The notes below the pieces were generated by a model. It ran no database searches. It saw only the letters and a list, made by a program, of their open reading frames with translations, and was not told where the DNA came from. The position numbers and the translations under genes are program-made. Source: Halobacteriovoraceae bacterium (GTDB lineage Bacteria > Bdellovibrionota > Bacteriovoracia > Bacteriovoracales > Bacteriovoracaceae). From it: a stretch of DNA of 55,529 nt. The stretch is from NCBI GenBank assembly GCA_040376635.1, contig JBEIQF010000001.1:1-55529 (forward strand), given 5' to 3'. Positions 55,205 to 55,529 of the stretch are shown piece by piece. Position 1 is the stretch's first letter, and each line of letters starts with the position of its first letter.

Positions 55205-55232
55205 AAAAAAGACACCCCTGTTAAGGGGTGTC
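55205..55232 (-). terminator. Intrinsic terminator/attenuator between the NGS-repeat gene and the HTTM operon
   Basis: Minus strand GACACCCCT-TAAC-AGGGGTGTC-TTTTTT. Confidence 0.8.
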
Positions 55233-55338
55233 AACTTAGATCAAAATTGTTAAAAAAACTATTTAGGTTTTGCGCCTTTAGGAGAACTCATTATTAGCTT
55301 GCGATTAAGTCAATGATCACAACCTAACTCTGATTTCC

Positions 55339-55529
55339 CTACCAAAGATTCATGCCGCTACGGCCATTTCGTCCATTTGAACCATTGCTTCCATTCGAAC
55401 CGTTAGAACCATTCGATCCGTTAGAACCATTTGATCCGTTAGAACCATTCGATCCGTTAGAACCATTTGATCCATTAGAACCATTTGAACCATTTGAACC
55501 ATTTGAACCATTTGAACCATTTGAACCAT
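55339..55529 (-). CDS. 3' end of an Asn-Gly-Ser repeat (collagen-like Gly-X-Y) protein; 5' part outside the window
   Basis: Manual translation: (NGS)x17-NGR-NGR-SGMNLW-TAG; variation among the NGS units is synonymous (AAT/AAC, GGT/GGA, TCA/TCT/TCG/AGC). Confidence 0.8.
   Translation of the reverse strand, partial: GSNGSNGSNGSNGSNGSNGSNGSNGSNGSNGSNGSNGSNGSNGSNGSNGSNGRNGRSGMNLW
55378..55529 (-). repeat. 9-bp tandem repeat (AATGGTTCA consensus), at least 17 units, with 18-bp higher-order units
   Basis: Directly visible: tgaaccatt repeats and cgatccgttagaaccatt variants. Confidence 0.95.

Noticed and set aside
55240-55338. Tiny ORF MSSPKGAKPK, a frameshifted extension (HESLVGKSELGCDH), or a c-di-GMP riboswitch fragment (GGCGCAAAACC) after the NGS gene
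   Set aside because: No SD for the tiny ORF, no evidence for a frameshift, and the GAAA-tetraloop stem and receptor of the riboswitch are missing
55378-55529. Terminal repeat as a CRISPR array or non-coding VNTR
   Set aside because: 9-bp units with no spacers, no cas genes in the window, and variation that is synonymous in one reading frame
55350-55529. Alternative minus-strand frame (MVQMVQMVLMDQ...) as the real protein
   Set aside because: Repeat variants are non-synonymous in that frame but silent in the NGS frame
1-55529. Prophage, IS element, integron, tRNA or rRNA
   Set aside because: No integrase, transposase or phage structural motifs seen; the short intergenic gaps show no tRNA cloverleaf or T-loop signature by eye (tRNAscan-SE not run)

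Overview
Gene-dense chromosomal window (about 50 CDS). I saw no rRNA, tRNA, CRISPR array, transposase, integrase or phage genes. Gene content (many secreted hydrolases and orphan secreted proteins, SUV3-like helicase, Npt-like transporter, PhaR-like regulator) suggests a predatory Bdellovibrionota (Bacteriovorax/Peredibacter-like) genome; this is inference only. Most of the window is housekeeping or nutrient scavenging (feoAB, ushA plus nuclease, ahcY, rpiB, deoC, tyrS, gshA, peptidases). The standout is the right end (52222-55529). It holds a translationally coupled, tandemly duplicated pair of [small W-x-M-F-x-P-N-P SdpA/DUF5819-like protein + HTTM vitamin-K-dependent-carboxylase-like membrane protein]. 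This lies just downstream of a gene missing from the ORF track, cut by the window edge, that ends in (Asn-Gly-Ser)x17-NGR-NGR-SGMNLW*. Together they are a candidate post-translational modification system acting on a repeat protein. Other points of interest: a complementary-degenerate Get3/ArsA ATPase pair in a PhaR-gshA operon, a DUF455 + ATP-grasp-like pair, a possible LolB-like lipoprotein, a BPI/LBP-like secreted protein, several pseudo-signalling proteins, and sigma28-, sigma54- and leaderless-type promoter motifs. All family calls come from motifs recognised by eye; no database searches were run.
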